A stretch of 64,000 nt of DNA from Promethearchaeota archaeon (GTDB lineage Archaea; Asgardarchaeota; Lokiarchaeia; Sigyniarchaeales; SOKP01), in the NCBI GenBank assembly GCA_048940645.1, contig JBHLOI010000011.1:14103-78102 (forward strand). Direction: 5' to 3'. The notes beneath the pieces were generated by a model. The model ran no database searches, was not told where the DNA came from, and saw only the letters and a program-made list of their open reading frames with translations. The position numbers and the translations under genes are program-made. This document shows, in pieces, positions 24,678-34,029 of the stretch. Position 1 is the first letter of the stretch; every line of letters begins with the position of its first letter.

Positions 24678-27217
24678 TAAAGATAGGTGAGCTTATTACT
24701 CTTTTAAATTTTACTAAAAAAGGTGAAAATGATGTTGAGCACCATAAAGAGGAAATTTTCAATTATATCCATGACGAGCGAATTCTACGAGTATTATTTG
24801 AACAAAAAATTTTTCAGCTAAGAAATATCCAGAAAAAAGCGATTGAAAAGGGATTGTTTTTTAGAAAATCATTTCTAGTATGTGCTCCCTCAGGATCTGG
24901 CAAAACTATGATCGGAGAAATTTGCGCATTCCAAAACATTTTTAATAATTATGGAAAGTCTGTATATTTAGTCCCCTTTAAAGCCCTGGCTACAGAGAAG
25001 TATTACTATTTTAAAAAATATTATAGCAGGTTCAATGTAAATATTGAGTTATCCATAGGAGATTATGATATAGATGATTCCGTATTGGCTAAAGCAGATA
25101 TTATTATCACTACATATGAGAAAATGGATTCAATTCTTCGCAATTTTTATGATAAAGAGTGGATCCATGATATATCTACAGTGATAGTAGATGAAATTCA
25201 TATCATTGGTGAGTCAGATCGAGGTCCACGACTTGAATCACTAATTGTGCGGTTAAATGAATTCTTAAATTACCCCCAAATTATCGGACTTTCAGCTACC
25301 ATAGCCAACTCTCAATTTTTTAATAGCTGGTTATCTTCATTAGGGAACAATACTACACTTATTCTATCTAATGAGCGACCTGTACCTCTACATTATCAAC
25401 TGAAAGTTACTCAAAATAAAGATTCTACCATTAAAAAAATTATTAAAAGCACGTTAGATCAAAAAGGTCAAGTGCTTGTCTTCCTAAATAAGCGAAAGTC
25501 TACCCAACAGACCTCATTTCTACTAAAAAATGTAGTAATAAATCATATTGACATAAATAATCTTGATAATTGTAAAAAATTAGAGAAATCCTTAGAGGGG
25601 ATCAAGGGAGGACATAAGGAACTCAAAAAAATTGTAAAGTATGGATTGGCATTTCATCATGCTGGATTATTACCAAAAGAAAGAAAGTTAGTCGAGGATA
25701 ACTTCCGGAAGGGAATATTGAAAGTAATTTGTAGCACTACTACGTTAAGTGCTGGGATTAACACCCCTGCAAGAGTCGTGATTCTTAGGGATTTTAAAAA
25801 ATACGTCATTTCTGGGCATAACATCAAAAATTTTTCAGGGTATTATGAAAATGGAGATGGTTTTTCCTATTTTAAACCCTTCTCAGCAAATCAAGTATTT
25901 CAAATGTTAGGGAGGGCAGGTAGACCTGGACTGGATGCTGTTGGCTATGGGATTATTTTGGTAAATAATGTGGAGGAACGGAACTGGATTGAGGATAAAT
26001 ATTTCCAAACTCTTTTAACTAAAGAAAGGCTTATCCCAAAGTATAATAACCTTGATTCTGGTTTGAATAAATTAAATACACTTAAAGAACAAGTGCTTTT
26101 AAGAATTTATGAGGAGGGAAATATCACAATAGATCAACTTAAATTATTTTTCGAACGTACATATTTTTGGTTTAATGTTAAACACAGAATGAATGATCAG
26201 CAAATCCCTATTGAACAATTTCTCATGATTAAGGAAATCACCCCCGAAAATATTCTCAAGCTCCATTCGGATAAGGAAAGGGTTAAAAAATTAGAATCCA
26301 AAAAAGATCAAATAAAGCTTTCGGAGATAACTAACTCTACAATCATGGGATTTATTAAAACTGCTTTTGGTGTGTTCACATGCCGATTTGATATTGATTC
26401 TGGGATTCAATGTTCCTGTGGCTTCAAGAATGGGATTTCTGATAATTTTGCCAATGATGAGTTTGCATTTGAATTTTGCGACCATATTACCTCTTTTTTG
26501 AAATACCTCATTGATGTCCCTGATCCAAGTTTCCAGAAGTACATTTCAGACATCATACCCAAATCAATTAAAAATCAATATATTCTTAATTATTTATTCG
26601 AAAAAGGGTTAATTATAAAGAATAATAATGGGCTGATTAAATGCTCTCAATTTGGTAAATTGATTATTAGATTATATCTGTATCCCGTATCTGGAGTTCT
26701 CATTCGTCATAAATTAGAAAATTGTGCGTTAAATACTTTTCAAGAAATTATTAAAGAGGCATATGACGTTTTACGAGCAGAATATAAGGTAAGAGATTAT
26801 AAAATGCTCCAACCGATTTTAGAATGGACAGATGAGGTTCCAATTGAGGAGATTTTAGAGAGATATAATATTATGGCCGGTGATTTGCATATGATCAGAG
26901 ATAATTTAGAGAGGATCATAACATTTATTGGGATTATTGCCATTCATTTAAGCGAAAATGGGTTTGATATTCAAGATGCTATGATTCGAGTATCAGAAAT
27001 GGCAGAAACTCTCAAAATTCGTATTCATTATGGGATAAAAGAAGAATTATTTGACTTAGTATTACGATTAGATAACGTGGCACGAGTGAGGGCACGTATC
27101 TTATTTGATGCGGGATATCATACTGCTACTAAGGTGAAAAAAGAAGTTCCCTATATTTTGCATCGTAAAACAGGATTAGGTGTAAATTTATGTAAAAAAA
27201 TTATCAAAGGAAAATAA
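24659..27217 (+). CDS. hel308: Ski2/Hel308-like SF2 DNA helicase with an inserted SWIM-type zinc motif
   Basis: Motif I 'APSGSGKT', motif II 'VDEIH', motif III 'SAT', motif VI 'QMLGRAGRPG'. The C-terminal HhH-like 'VARVRARILFDAGYHTATKV' matches Hel308 domain 5. The insertion is 'CSCGF..(19)..CDH'. Confidence 0.8.
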   Translation: MLKSVIIKIGELITLLNFTKKGENDVEHHKEEIFNYIHDERILRVLFEQKIFQLRNIQKKAIEKGLFFRKSFLVCAPSGSGKTMIGEICAFQNIFNNYGKSVYLVPFKALATEKYYYFKKYYSRFNVNIELSIGDYDIDDSVLAKADIIITTYEKMDSILRNFYDKEWIHDISTVIVDEIHIIGESDRGPRLESLIVRLNEFLNYPQIIGLSATIANSQFFNSWLSSLGNNTTLILSNERPVPLHYQLKVTQNKDSTIKKIIKSTLDQKGQVLVFLNKRKSTQQTSFLLKNVVINHIDINNLDNCKKLEKSLEGIKGGHKELKKIVKYGLAFHHAGLLPKERKLVEDNFRKGILKVICSTTTLSAGINTPARVVILRDFKKYVISGHNIKNFSGYYENGDGFSYFKPFSANQVFQMLGRAGRPGLDAVGYGIILVNNVEERNWIEDKYFQTLLTKERLIPKYNNLDSGLNKLNTLKEQVLLRIYEEGNITIDQLKLFFERTYFWFNVKHRMNDQQIPIEQFLMIKEITPENILKLHSDKERVKKLESKKDQIKLSEITNSTIMGFIKTAFGVFTCRFDIDSGIQCSCGFKNGISDNFANDEFAFEFCDHITSFLKYLIDVPDPSFQKYISDIIPKSIKNQYILNYLFEKGLIIKNNNGLIKCSQFGKLIIRLYLYPVSGVLIRHKLENCALNTFQEIIKEAYDVLRAEYKVRDYKMLQPILEWTDEVPIEEILERYNIMAGDLHMIRDNLERIITFIGIIAIHLSENGFDIQDAMIRVSEMAETLKIRIHYGIKEELFDLVLRLDNVARVRARILFDAGYHTATKVKKEVPYILHRKTGLGVNLCKKIIKGK

Positions 27218-27237
27218 TCTAACTATTGAAAGGAATT

Positions 27238-28215
27238 TTAAGAAAATTTTAATTTCCTTTTTCGTGTTACTAAAATTACTAAGCAAAAAATTGATAAAAT
27301 CCCAAATGTAGTTATTAATGGAAAACTCCTAATATTTAAAGGCTTTTTAATTGAAAAAGTATCACTAATACTATAGAACTGTGGATGATCATAATCAATT
27401 ATTTTTATTATAAAGTTATGCCCCTCATATTCTCCAATATTCCAATTAAAATTTCCATCATTTTCGGTAAAATTATTTGTAAGTTGTTCCAAGAAACCAT
27501 ATAAATTATCATGGAGTTCTATTTTAACCTTTTGTATGGGACCACTTGAATTCCAACTGATCCTAAAAATTGTTTTACTGTATAATATGTCTAAACTAGT
27601 AGGTCTTAGTATTGTTAGTTTGATTTCAATTGCTCTTAGCTTTATAAAAACATGGTCATTTTCATCCAATATAGTCTCGGCCTTTAATACTCCATTTGTA
27701 TCATATTCCCTCTGATGAATATATGTTTTATTAATCTCACTTTTCATTTGTTGAAATATAGATGAACCAACGCAATAATAGTCTAATGGGTATAGATCCT
27801 CGACTTCTTCAAGATAATCTTCTATAGGTATTGGTAAAAAAATACAAGCTTCAAATTGAATTGGATTTTTATATATTTGAACATTTTGTATGCTACCATT
27901 GTCATTAAAGTCCGTTCCATAATCCCAAAACTCAACATTTACACGCCAATAATTACCATAATCAGAAATATCCAGAATAAGTACCTTAAGTAAATCTCTT
28001 ACCCCAAAACTAGGTTCAGAACCTAAAACTTCAGTAAAAAGAGTAGAATTAAGTTCTTCAACCTCATAAATAAATTCATCACCTTCTTCTATTCCCAAAA
28101 AATATTCTTGAGCCACTACTTCAACATTATAATAACAAAGAACTAATAATATGTTAAAAAAAGCAACTAAACAATATTTTTTTGAAAAACTTTTCATAAA
28201 CTTCGCTTTACTCAT
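27238..28215 (-). CDS. Surface/secreted protein with an N-terminal signal anchor and a C-terminal TM anchor
   Basis: N-terminal 'YCLVAFFNILLVLCYY', C-terminal 'FPLITTFGILSIFCLVILV' followed by basic residues, and N-glycosylation sequons in between. Confidence 0.45.
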   Translation of the reverse strand: MSKAKFMKSFSKKYCLVAFFNILLVLCYYNVEVVAQEYFLGIEEGDEFIYEVEELNSTLFTEVLGSEPSFGVRDLLKVLILDISDYGNYWRVNVEFWDYGTDFNDNGSIQNVQIYKNPIQFEACIFLPIPIEDYLEEVEDLYPLDYYCVGSSIFQQMKSEINKTYIHQREYDTNGVLKAETILDENDHVFIKLRAIEIKLTILRPTSLDILYSKTIFRISWNSSGPIQKVKIELHDNLYGFLEQLTNNFTENDGNFNWNIGEYEGHNFIIKIIDYDHPQFYSISDTFSIKKPLNIRSFPLITTFGILSIFCLVILVTRKRKLKFS

Positions 28216-28381
28216 AAATCAATTATAAACTTCTGTCTCATAAAATAAACCATCACAAACTAATATAATATTTATGTTTTTGGTCCTCAAAGAATCTATA
28301 TTATTTTACTTTTTAAATGTATTTGTTTCCTCCTCTTTTTTTCCTTTTTATTGTTTCAAACTAGATATTTTAAGAAGGATT

Positions 28382-28690
28382 ATGAATGAATCAAAGGAAT
28401 CTGAGGAATTCGATTGGGAAGATTATATTACAAAAAAGAAATCTCCTCAAGAATTCATGATCCGAGAATTTATTGTCTATAAGAAGTTAGGACAAAATTC
28501 GAATGAATATGTGATAAAAAAATTTGATAAGACTAAGGAACAAAATCTTGAAATGTTAAACCTTATTAAAGATATTTTGAACAATGTAGCCAATCTTACT
28601 CCTAAACAAATAATTGATTATTGTAACAGTCAAAGATACTTTATGAAACTTTATTTTAAACTAATACAGGAAGAATCTAAAAATGAATAA
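28382..28690 (+). CDS. Hypothetical small acidic protein
   Basis: The ORF track starts at 28274, but the first 36 codons are low-complexity, Phe-rich promoter sequence. ATG 28382 (MNESKESEEF) is more plausible. Confidence 0.35.
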   Translation: MNESKESEEFDWEDYITKKKSPQEFMIREFIVYKKLGQNSNEYVIKKFDKTKEQNLEMLNLIKDILNNVANLTPKQIIDYCNSQRYFMKLYFKLIQEESKNE

Positions 28691-28750
28691 ATTATTAAAT
28701 TTTTAGTCCAATCGCCTTTTTTTATTCCTTCTTTGATAATCAATTTAGAA

Positions 28751-28766
28751 TTTTTCTTTAAATAAA
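28751..28766 (+). promoter_or_regulatory. Promoter element, TTTTTCTTTAAATA class
   Basis: 'tttttctttaaataaa', 41 nt upstream of ATG 28808. Confidence 0.4.
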
Positions 28767-28807
28767 TTTAAAAATATTTAAATTTAAAAATAGTTAGTCG
28801 ATGAAAA

Positions 28808-29068
28808 ATGAGTTCTGGAATAGTAGAAAAAGATAAGGACGTTAATGTTAAGATAGATATACAAAGTGATCTTGAGTTAGAATATATATTATCTAAAATG
28901 ATTGTTCCTTTTACATATTTTTTGGAGGTAGAGCATGAACCTGATATTTATAATGGTAAAGAGTTGATTTCTTTTTCCCAAAGACATTCGACTTATAAAG
29001 CTCTTATGCTTACAGAATTTGAAGAAGCAATAAAAAACTTTTCAAAAGTTATAAAAACAAAGAAGTAG
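28808..29068 (+). CDS. Hypothetical protein
   Basis: 86-aa ORF with a promoter-like element about 41 nt upstream. Confidence 0.35.
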   Translation: MSSGIVEKDKDVNVKIDIQSDLELEYILSKMIVPFTYFLEVEHEPDIYNGKELISFSQRHSTYKALMLTEFEEAIKNFSKVIKTKK

Positions 29069-29080
29069 ATAAAGAAAAAC

Positions 29081-29230
29081 CTAACTTTTCCTAAAGATTT
29101 TCACGGTATAATCCCAAATAGCAGGATTAGAAAACCCGTCTTCTCGAATCTCTTTTAGTACAGCCTCTTTATCCCTATCTTTTGGAGTTAATATAATGTG
29201 TTCTGTAATTCTTAATTCCTCTTTTATCAT
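29081..29230 (-). CDS. Possible 49-aa protein (below the ORF-track cutoff)
   Basis: My translation is MIKEELRITEHIILTPKDRDKEAVLKEIREDGFSNPAIWDYTVKIFRKS. 'GAGGTG' lies 5 nt upstream of the ATG. Confidence 0.35.
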   Translation of the reverse strand: MIKEELRITEHIILTPKDRDKEAVLKEIREDGFSNPAIWDYTVKIFRKS

Positions 29231-29325
29231 ATTACACCTCATTTAGCAATTTTACTATCAAATAATTGCAGAAATATATAAATAAAAAAAATCTCTTTTT
29301 TGTAAGCAAATCCAGATGGTTCACA

Positions 29326-29340
29326 CTTTTTCTTTAAATA
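29326..29340 (+). promoter_or_regulatory. Promoter element, TTTTTCTTTAAATA class
   Basis: 'ctttttctttaaata', 49 nt upstream of ATG 29390. Confidence 0.4.
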
Positions 29341-29389
29341 TACCTGTTATTTTTAAACAGTACCAAAATCATCTGATATAAATATAATT

Positions 29390-30613
29390 ATGATTACCAA
29401 AAAAGTAGTTCCTTATATTGTACAACGGGAGGAGTTATTTCCTAACACGATAGATGAATATCTGAGAAGGCTAATCCCTCTGGTAAATGTAAACATTAAT
29501 AGTGGAGCATGTTATCCATTTGAGCTGGAACATCGGTTAGGAAATACTAAGATCAATCCCTTTCTAAGAATTGCCCACCCAGATGATGCTCCAATCATAG
29601 CTGATATTTGTAAGGAAGTCTATGAGAATTCCTATCCCTATAAAGAAATGGAAGATGAGACATATGTGCGCAGCATGATCAAAAGCCCAACCAATCACTT
29701 TATCTTATTTGAAACAGAATCAGGAGAGAATGCCGGTTGCTTCCGCTGTGCTTTGGATTTCGAGCATAAAAAAGGCTATATGGGAGGATTCATGGTGCGT
29801 CACAAGTTCCAGAATAAGCTGGATGTGATTCGAGCAATTATGGGATCCTATATCTGGATGTGGAACTCATTTAAGGAAGATATTTTGGTATGGTATTGTG
29901 AAAATCGAACTGCCCATGCTTCTTCTCAGTATATTACCGCGGTATGCGGAATTAACACCATTGCTATCTTTCCCAATAAGGACATTTTTTTTGGACAAAT
30001 CGAGTCTGATGTAATGGGAATCATTTATACCGAAAAGGTTTTACGAGAGATGAGAAGTGCTTTAGTTCCAACTCTCATTCCTTCAGCATTAAATTCATTT
30101 TTTTATTCAGATAAATTATATAGTCTCGGAAATATTAGAGTTGCCCAGCCATCTCTCAACCTGGATTTTAACTATATAAAAGGAATCTATGAGAATGTAA
30201 GGTGTGAATTTGAGGACGATAAGTATGGGTATAAACATTTTAAGTTCACAATTGCAGGAACAGATTCTTACTTTACATTCTTGCATAATACTCACATCCA
30301 GAATTTTGAGAAAGCTGATTATTCAGTCCAATCATTAGAGGAACTTTTTGTATTTATTGAATTTTTAAAAAAATTTATGAAGGAAAACACTATTCGCTAT
30401 TGCGAGATGTTTATCTCAGCATATCGGCCTAAACATCAACAATTATTTTACGATGCCGGATTTCGGGCTCGAGGATATATTCCATGCTGGAACTACATAC
30501 CAGAACAAAACAAATTTGAAGATTATATAGTGTTTAACTATTTTGAAGGCAATATTGAAAATATAGATTTATTACCTCTAGGATATGACCTGCTAAATTG
30601 TATAGAAGTTTAG
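29390..30613 (+). CDS. Hypothetical protein, N-terminal part GNAT-acetyltransferase-like
   Basis: 'RIAHPDDAPIIADICKEVYENSYPY...HFILFETESGENAGCFRCALDFEHKKGYMGGFMVRHKFQ' has GNAT-like spacing. The assignment is weak. Confidence 0.3.
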   Translation: MITKKVVPYIVQREELFPNTIDEYLRRLIPLVNVNINSGACYPFELEHRLGNTKINPFLRIAHPDDAPIIADICKEVYENSYPYKEMEDETYVRSMIKSPTNHFILFETESGENAGCFRCALDFEHKKGYMGGFMVRHKFQNKLDVIRAIMGSYIWMWNSFKEDILVWYCENRTAHASSQYITAVCGINTIAIFPNKDIFFGQIESDVMGIIYTEKVLREMRSALVPTLIPSALNSFFYSDKLYSLGNIRVAQPSLNLDFNYIKGIYENVRCEFEDDKYGYKHFKFTIAGTDSYFTFLHNTHIQNFEKADYSVQSLEELFVFIEFLKKFMKENTIRYCEMFISAYRPKHQQLFYDAGFRARGYIPCWNYIPEQNKFEDYIVFNYFEGNIENIDLLPLGYDLLNCIEV

Positions 30614-30647
30614 TATTATAATTCTGCTGATTTATGAATTAAAAAAC

Positions 30648-31151
30648 TTACACTTTTAATAAAGTAAAATAGGCTTTTTCTGTATACTTTAAAACTCCAT
30701 TTTTTATGGATCTTCTAATTAGCAATTTTAGTTCTAAGGGAGGGATATCATAATCTTTTGCTAGTATTTCAATCATATAGGCTGGAAATTTTTTATACCT
30801 TGAAGCTAATGTGTTTAGCAAGGCCTGAAATGTTAAAGTATAATCTTCCTTTTCTTTTGAAGTAAGTTTATCACTGAGTGCTTTTGGTGCAGAAAATAGA
30901 ATAAATTCATTTTCAATTGAAAATTGAGCCTCGCCCAAAGAATTTTGCTGTTGTTTCACTTTGTTTACCGCTTCAGTCATTCCATAGACGATTTCTCCCT
31001 TATCTAAAATGTTCCTGACTTGATGAATTCTACCACAACGCAAACATTTTTTAGTTTTTTGGGTAGTTTTCACATAAGAATACTGTTGACATTTAGTACA
31101 AATAAAAACCACATAAGGAGTTTGATCTTTTTCCCATTTTCTCTGCTCCAT
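30648..31151 (-). CDS. Zinc-ribbon protein (DUF1922-like)
   Basis: 'FICTKCQQYSYVKTTQKTKKCLRCGRIH'. Its start overlaps the helicase stop (TAATG). Confidence 0.5.
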   Translation of the reverse strand: MEQRKWEKDQTPYVVFICTKCQQYSYVKTTQKTKKCLRCGRIHQVRNILDKGEIVYGMTEAVNKVKQQQNSLGEAQFSIENEFILFSAPKALSDKLTSKEKEDYTLTFQALLNTLASRYKKFPAYMIEILAKDYDIPPLELKLLIRRSIKNGVLKYTEKAYFTLLKV

Positions 31152-33304
31152 TATAGGGTCTCCATTTTATGAACGTTTTCAATGATATTTTTTATTATAA
31201 AATAGAGTTCTTCCACATCTTCTATGATAACTATTTGAATTTGGGTTTTTTCTGCAAATTCCTTAACTTTTTGTTTTATCACTCTTAATTCTCCATTTAT
31301 TCGCTCGGTAAAGTCTATAAAATCCAATATGATGATGATAAGCTCATATTTGTGGTGAAATGCTTTCGCAAAATTGCACAGCTCATTTTGTAATGGTTTG
31401 TCAATACTTTCTGAAGAGTATATTTGGACAAGCACTTTCTCGTAGATTATAATATGTTCATCCATGTTGATAATGGAAAATTGAAATCCTTCCTTTTGAA
31501 ATTTCTTCCGCAATCCAAATTTAACAGGTAAAGATTTACTTACTTTTACTTTTTCCAGAAATTTTCTCTCTGTGGAAGTTTTATGGTCATGTATAAATTT
31601 CAATAATCCCGCTTGATGCTCTCGTTTTACTGGCATTGTATTAAGTGCTACTTTAGGAACTGTTTTCTCTTGAGCTTTCTGAATTACTGAAGCTCTAGGT
31701 AAAAAAGTCTTTTGTTTCCCTTGACTTTTAAGATTCACATTCATCCGTTTTAACTTATTCATTGCAATTTTCAGATAAATCTCATCATGAGTATTTTTAC
31801 AATAAAGAATTATAACTCTACCTTCTCGATGGCGAGCTGTCCTTCCTTTCCTCTGGATAAAACGTATTTCGGATGCTACCACATCATAAAATATTACCAA
31901 GTCGCACTCTGCAATATCAAGTCCCTCTTCTCCAACATTAGTACTTACTAAAACGTTATAAAATCCTTGCTTAAATTTTTCAAGAATTTCCAGTTGATTT
32001 TTTTGAGATAACCCTTTGTCATCCGTAGATTTCGTTGCCTGTCCCACAAATCGAGTGGTTTTAATACTTTCTACGGTATTCAGTTTATTCGTGATATTTC
32101 TTACTGAGTCTCGTAATTTGACAAAAACTAAAATTCGTGATCCTGGAGTGTTTTCTAATTGTTCTAAGATAATTTGTTTCAATATCTTATACTTTGGATG
32201 GATTAAAGTTTCAGGAGTAAAATCATGATGTTTTAGTAGTTCTACATATAATTGGTATAATCTATATTCTGAAGCAAGAACCTTCACTGCTTTAGAGCTT
32301 GACTTCTTTTTTGCATCCCCTCTCATTTTTTCTAAGTATCTAAGTAATACATCTAATCCTTGCTGTTCAATTAAGTCAATCATATGATATAAAATAAGGG
32401 CTTGAGCATTCACAGAGAGAGCAGTATACACTCCAGTCTTATCTCCATTATCATTTAATAATTTAACTAATTCTATATTTAATTTTAATAAATCCTTACG
32501 AAAAATTTTTTCTACTAATTTTTCCGCAGCGCCATCTAAGAAACCTAATTGATAAAGATATTGTAGTCGTTCTTTTAATAAATTTTTTATGACCACATAT
32601 ACGTCTTCCATTAAATCTGTTAATTTTACGCCTATTTTATATATATCCATAGGCTTTAGATATGTTTTCACGTCCTGATCTGTCCTTGTTCGCGTATGAA
32701 TGTTCTCTTTGCGAATATGGAGGTTTTTACATAATTCACTAATTTTTCTTTGAGATGCTCCTGGAGATGCAGTTAATGCTAAAATATTTCCATCTGGATT
32801 TTGATCGAGATACTCATCTGCAATCAATGGATAGGGATAATCTCCAGAAGCATGATGTGCCTCATCAAATATGATTAAACACGTATTATTAAGCGAATAT
32901 CTCCTTTTTACGAGATCATTTCTTAGGGTTTGCGGAGTATAAAAAACAATTTGGTGTTTAGTAAAGAGTTCTGTACGTTTTTCAGGGTTCACCTTTCCTG
33001 TAAGTACAACAAATTGTTTTTCAGGAATGGTCAATAACTTTTTAAAAGTCTCATAATGTTGATTGATTAGTGGTCTAGTAGGGGCAAGGATTATTATTTT
33101 ACTCTTTCTGGGAAAATTTTCTAAGGTATATGCTGTAACAAATACCGCAATAATGGTTTTTCCAAGGCCAGTGGGTAAAACCACGAGCGAGTTCTTATTT
33201 ACGCACTTTTTTGCAATCTCAAACTGGTATTTTCGATACTCAATATTTAATTCCTTAATAAATTCATTTTCAGCAATTTTATTATTTGAATTTGACAAGA
33301 TCAT
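31151..33304 (-). CDS. hef: Hef/FANCM-family SF2 helicase with a degenerate ERCC4-like C-terminal domain
   Basis: 'YRKYQFEIAKKCVNKNSLVVLPTGLGKT', 'FDEAHH', 'LTASPG', 'QRKGRTAR'. The last ~130 aa align by eye to the ERCC4 nuclease fold but lack GDx(n)ERKx3D. Confidence 0.75.
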   Translation of the reverse strand: MILSNSNNKIAENEFIKELNIEYRKYQFEIAKKCVNKNSLVVLPTGLGKTIIAVFVTAYTLENFPRKSKIIILAPTRPLINQHYETFKKLLTIPEKQFVVLTGKVNPEKRTELFTKHQIVFYTPQTLRNDLVKRRYSLNNTCLIIFDEAHHASGDYPYPLIADEYLDQNPDGNILALTASPGASQRKISELCKNLHIRKENIHTRTRTDQDVKTYLKPMDIYKIGVKLTDLMEDVYVVIKNLLKERLQYLYQLGFLDGAAEKLVEKIFRKDLLKLNIELVKLLNDNGDKTGVYTALSVNAQALILYHMIDLIEQQGLDVLLRYLEKMRGDAKKKSSSKAVKVLASEYRLYQLYVELLKHHDFTPETLIHPKYKILKQIILEQLENTPGSRILVFVKLRDSVRNITNKLNTVESIKTTRFVGQATKSTDDKGLSQKNQLEILEKFKQGFYNVLVSTNVGEEGLDIAECDLVIFYDVVASEIRFIQRKGRTARHREGRVIILYCKNTHDEIYLKIAMNKLKRMNVNLKSQGKQKTFLPRASVIQKAQEKTVPKVALNTMPVKREHQAGLLKFIHDHKTSTERKFLEKVKVSKSLPVKFGLRKKFQKEGFQFSIINMDEHIIIYEKVLVQIYSSESIDKPLQNELCNFAKAFHHKYELIIIILDFIDFTERINGELRVIKQKVKEFAEKTQIQIVIIEDVEELYFIIKNIIENVHKMETL

Positions 33305-33309
33305 TATTT

Positions 33310-33894
33310 TTACTCTCCAGAATTAATTAATATTTTATTATCGTTAAGAATTAGTTCTTTAATTGGCTTATTCCCGCGTTGGTAAGAAAGAATCTGAACT
33401 CCAAGATCTACAGCTAATTTAGTAGGATATATTAAGCCATTCCCTCGATGTTCGAAAAAATAGGGATGGGTTCCTTTTAGTCTCTTAACTTTTTGAATGA
33501 GTTCTGAATTATTATATAAGACGTCAAATCCTCTACCAATCTTTATATGTTGGAAGTAAAAAATAATATCGCTTAATAAATTTGATTCTGCTTTAGTAAG
33601 ATTAATCTCATTAACCTCCAAATTATCTCCATCTTTTATTAGTGACTTTTTCTTCAGTGCTAAGTAAAGATTTGTGTTTTTCCTTTTTTTATACAGTATA
33701 TATCCATCTAACTTAAAATGAAATAGTTCTTGAAACTGAAATATGAGATTTAACAACTCTTCACCCTCTTTTGGAAGCAACCCAAGAACGTCTTCTAATT
33801 TGCTAAAGTTAAAATTGGAATTTTGATGTTCATTGAATCGTTTTAAAATGTCTAATATTTCATGTAATTTTTGAATTTTCCAACTTGAGGGCAT
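33310..33894 (-). CDS. Hypothetical protein, first gene of the Hef-like operon
   Basis: 194 aa. It ends 5 nt before the helicase ATG, and a leaderless-type promoter element lies 21 nt upstream. Confidence 0.45.
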   Translation of the reverse strand: MPSSWKIQKLHEILDILKRFNEHQNSNFNFSKLEDVLGLLPKEGEELLNLIFQFQELFHFKLDGYILYKKRKNTNLYLALKKKSLIKDGDNLEVNEINLTKAESNLLSDIIFYFQHIKIGRGFDVLYNNSELIQKVKRLKGTHPYFFEHRGNGLIYPTKLAVDLGVQILSYQRGNKPIKELILNDNKILINSGE

Positions 33895-33915
33895 CTAATC
33901 CTATAAGTCGTAGTG

Positions 33916-33931
33916 ATATAAAAAGAAAAAA
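33916..33931 (-). promoter_or_regulatory. Promoter element (variant, leaderless geometry)
   Basis: The minus strand reads 'ttttttctttttatat', 21 nt upstream of ATG 33894. Confidence 0.4.
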
Positions 33932-34029
33932 TTATGGGTAGTTACAAAAATCAGTGATAAAAAAATAGATCATAATATTCATAGTAATGTAAAAAATTAA
34001 TCATCACTGAGTTTTGTATCAACCCAAAA

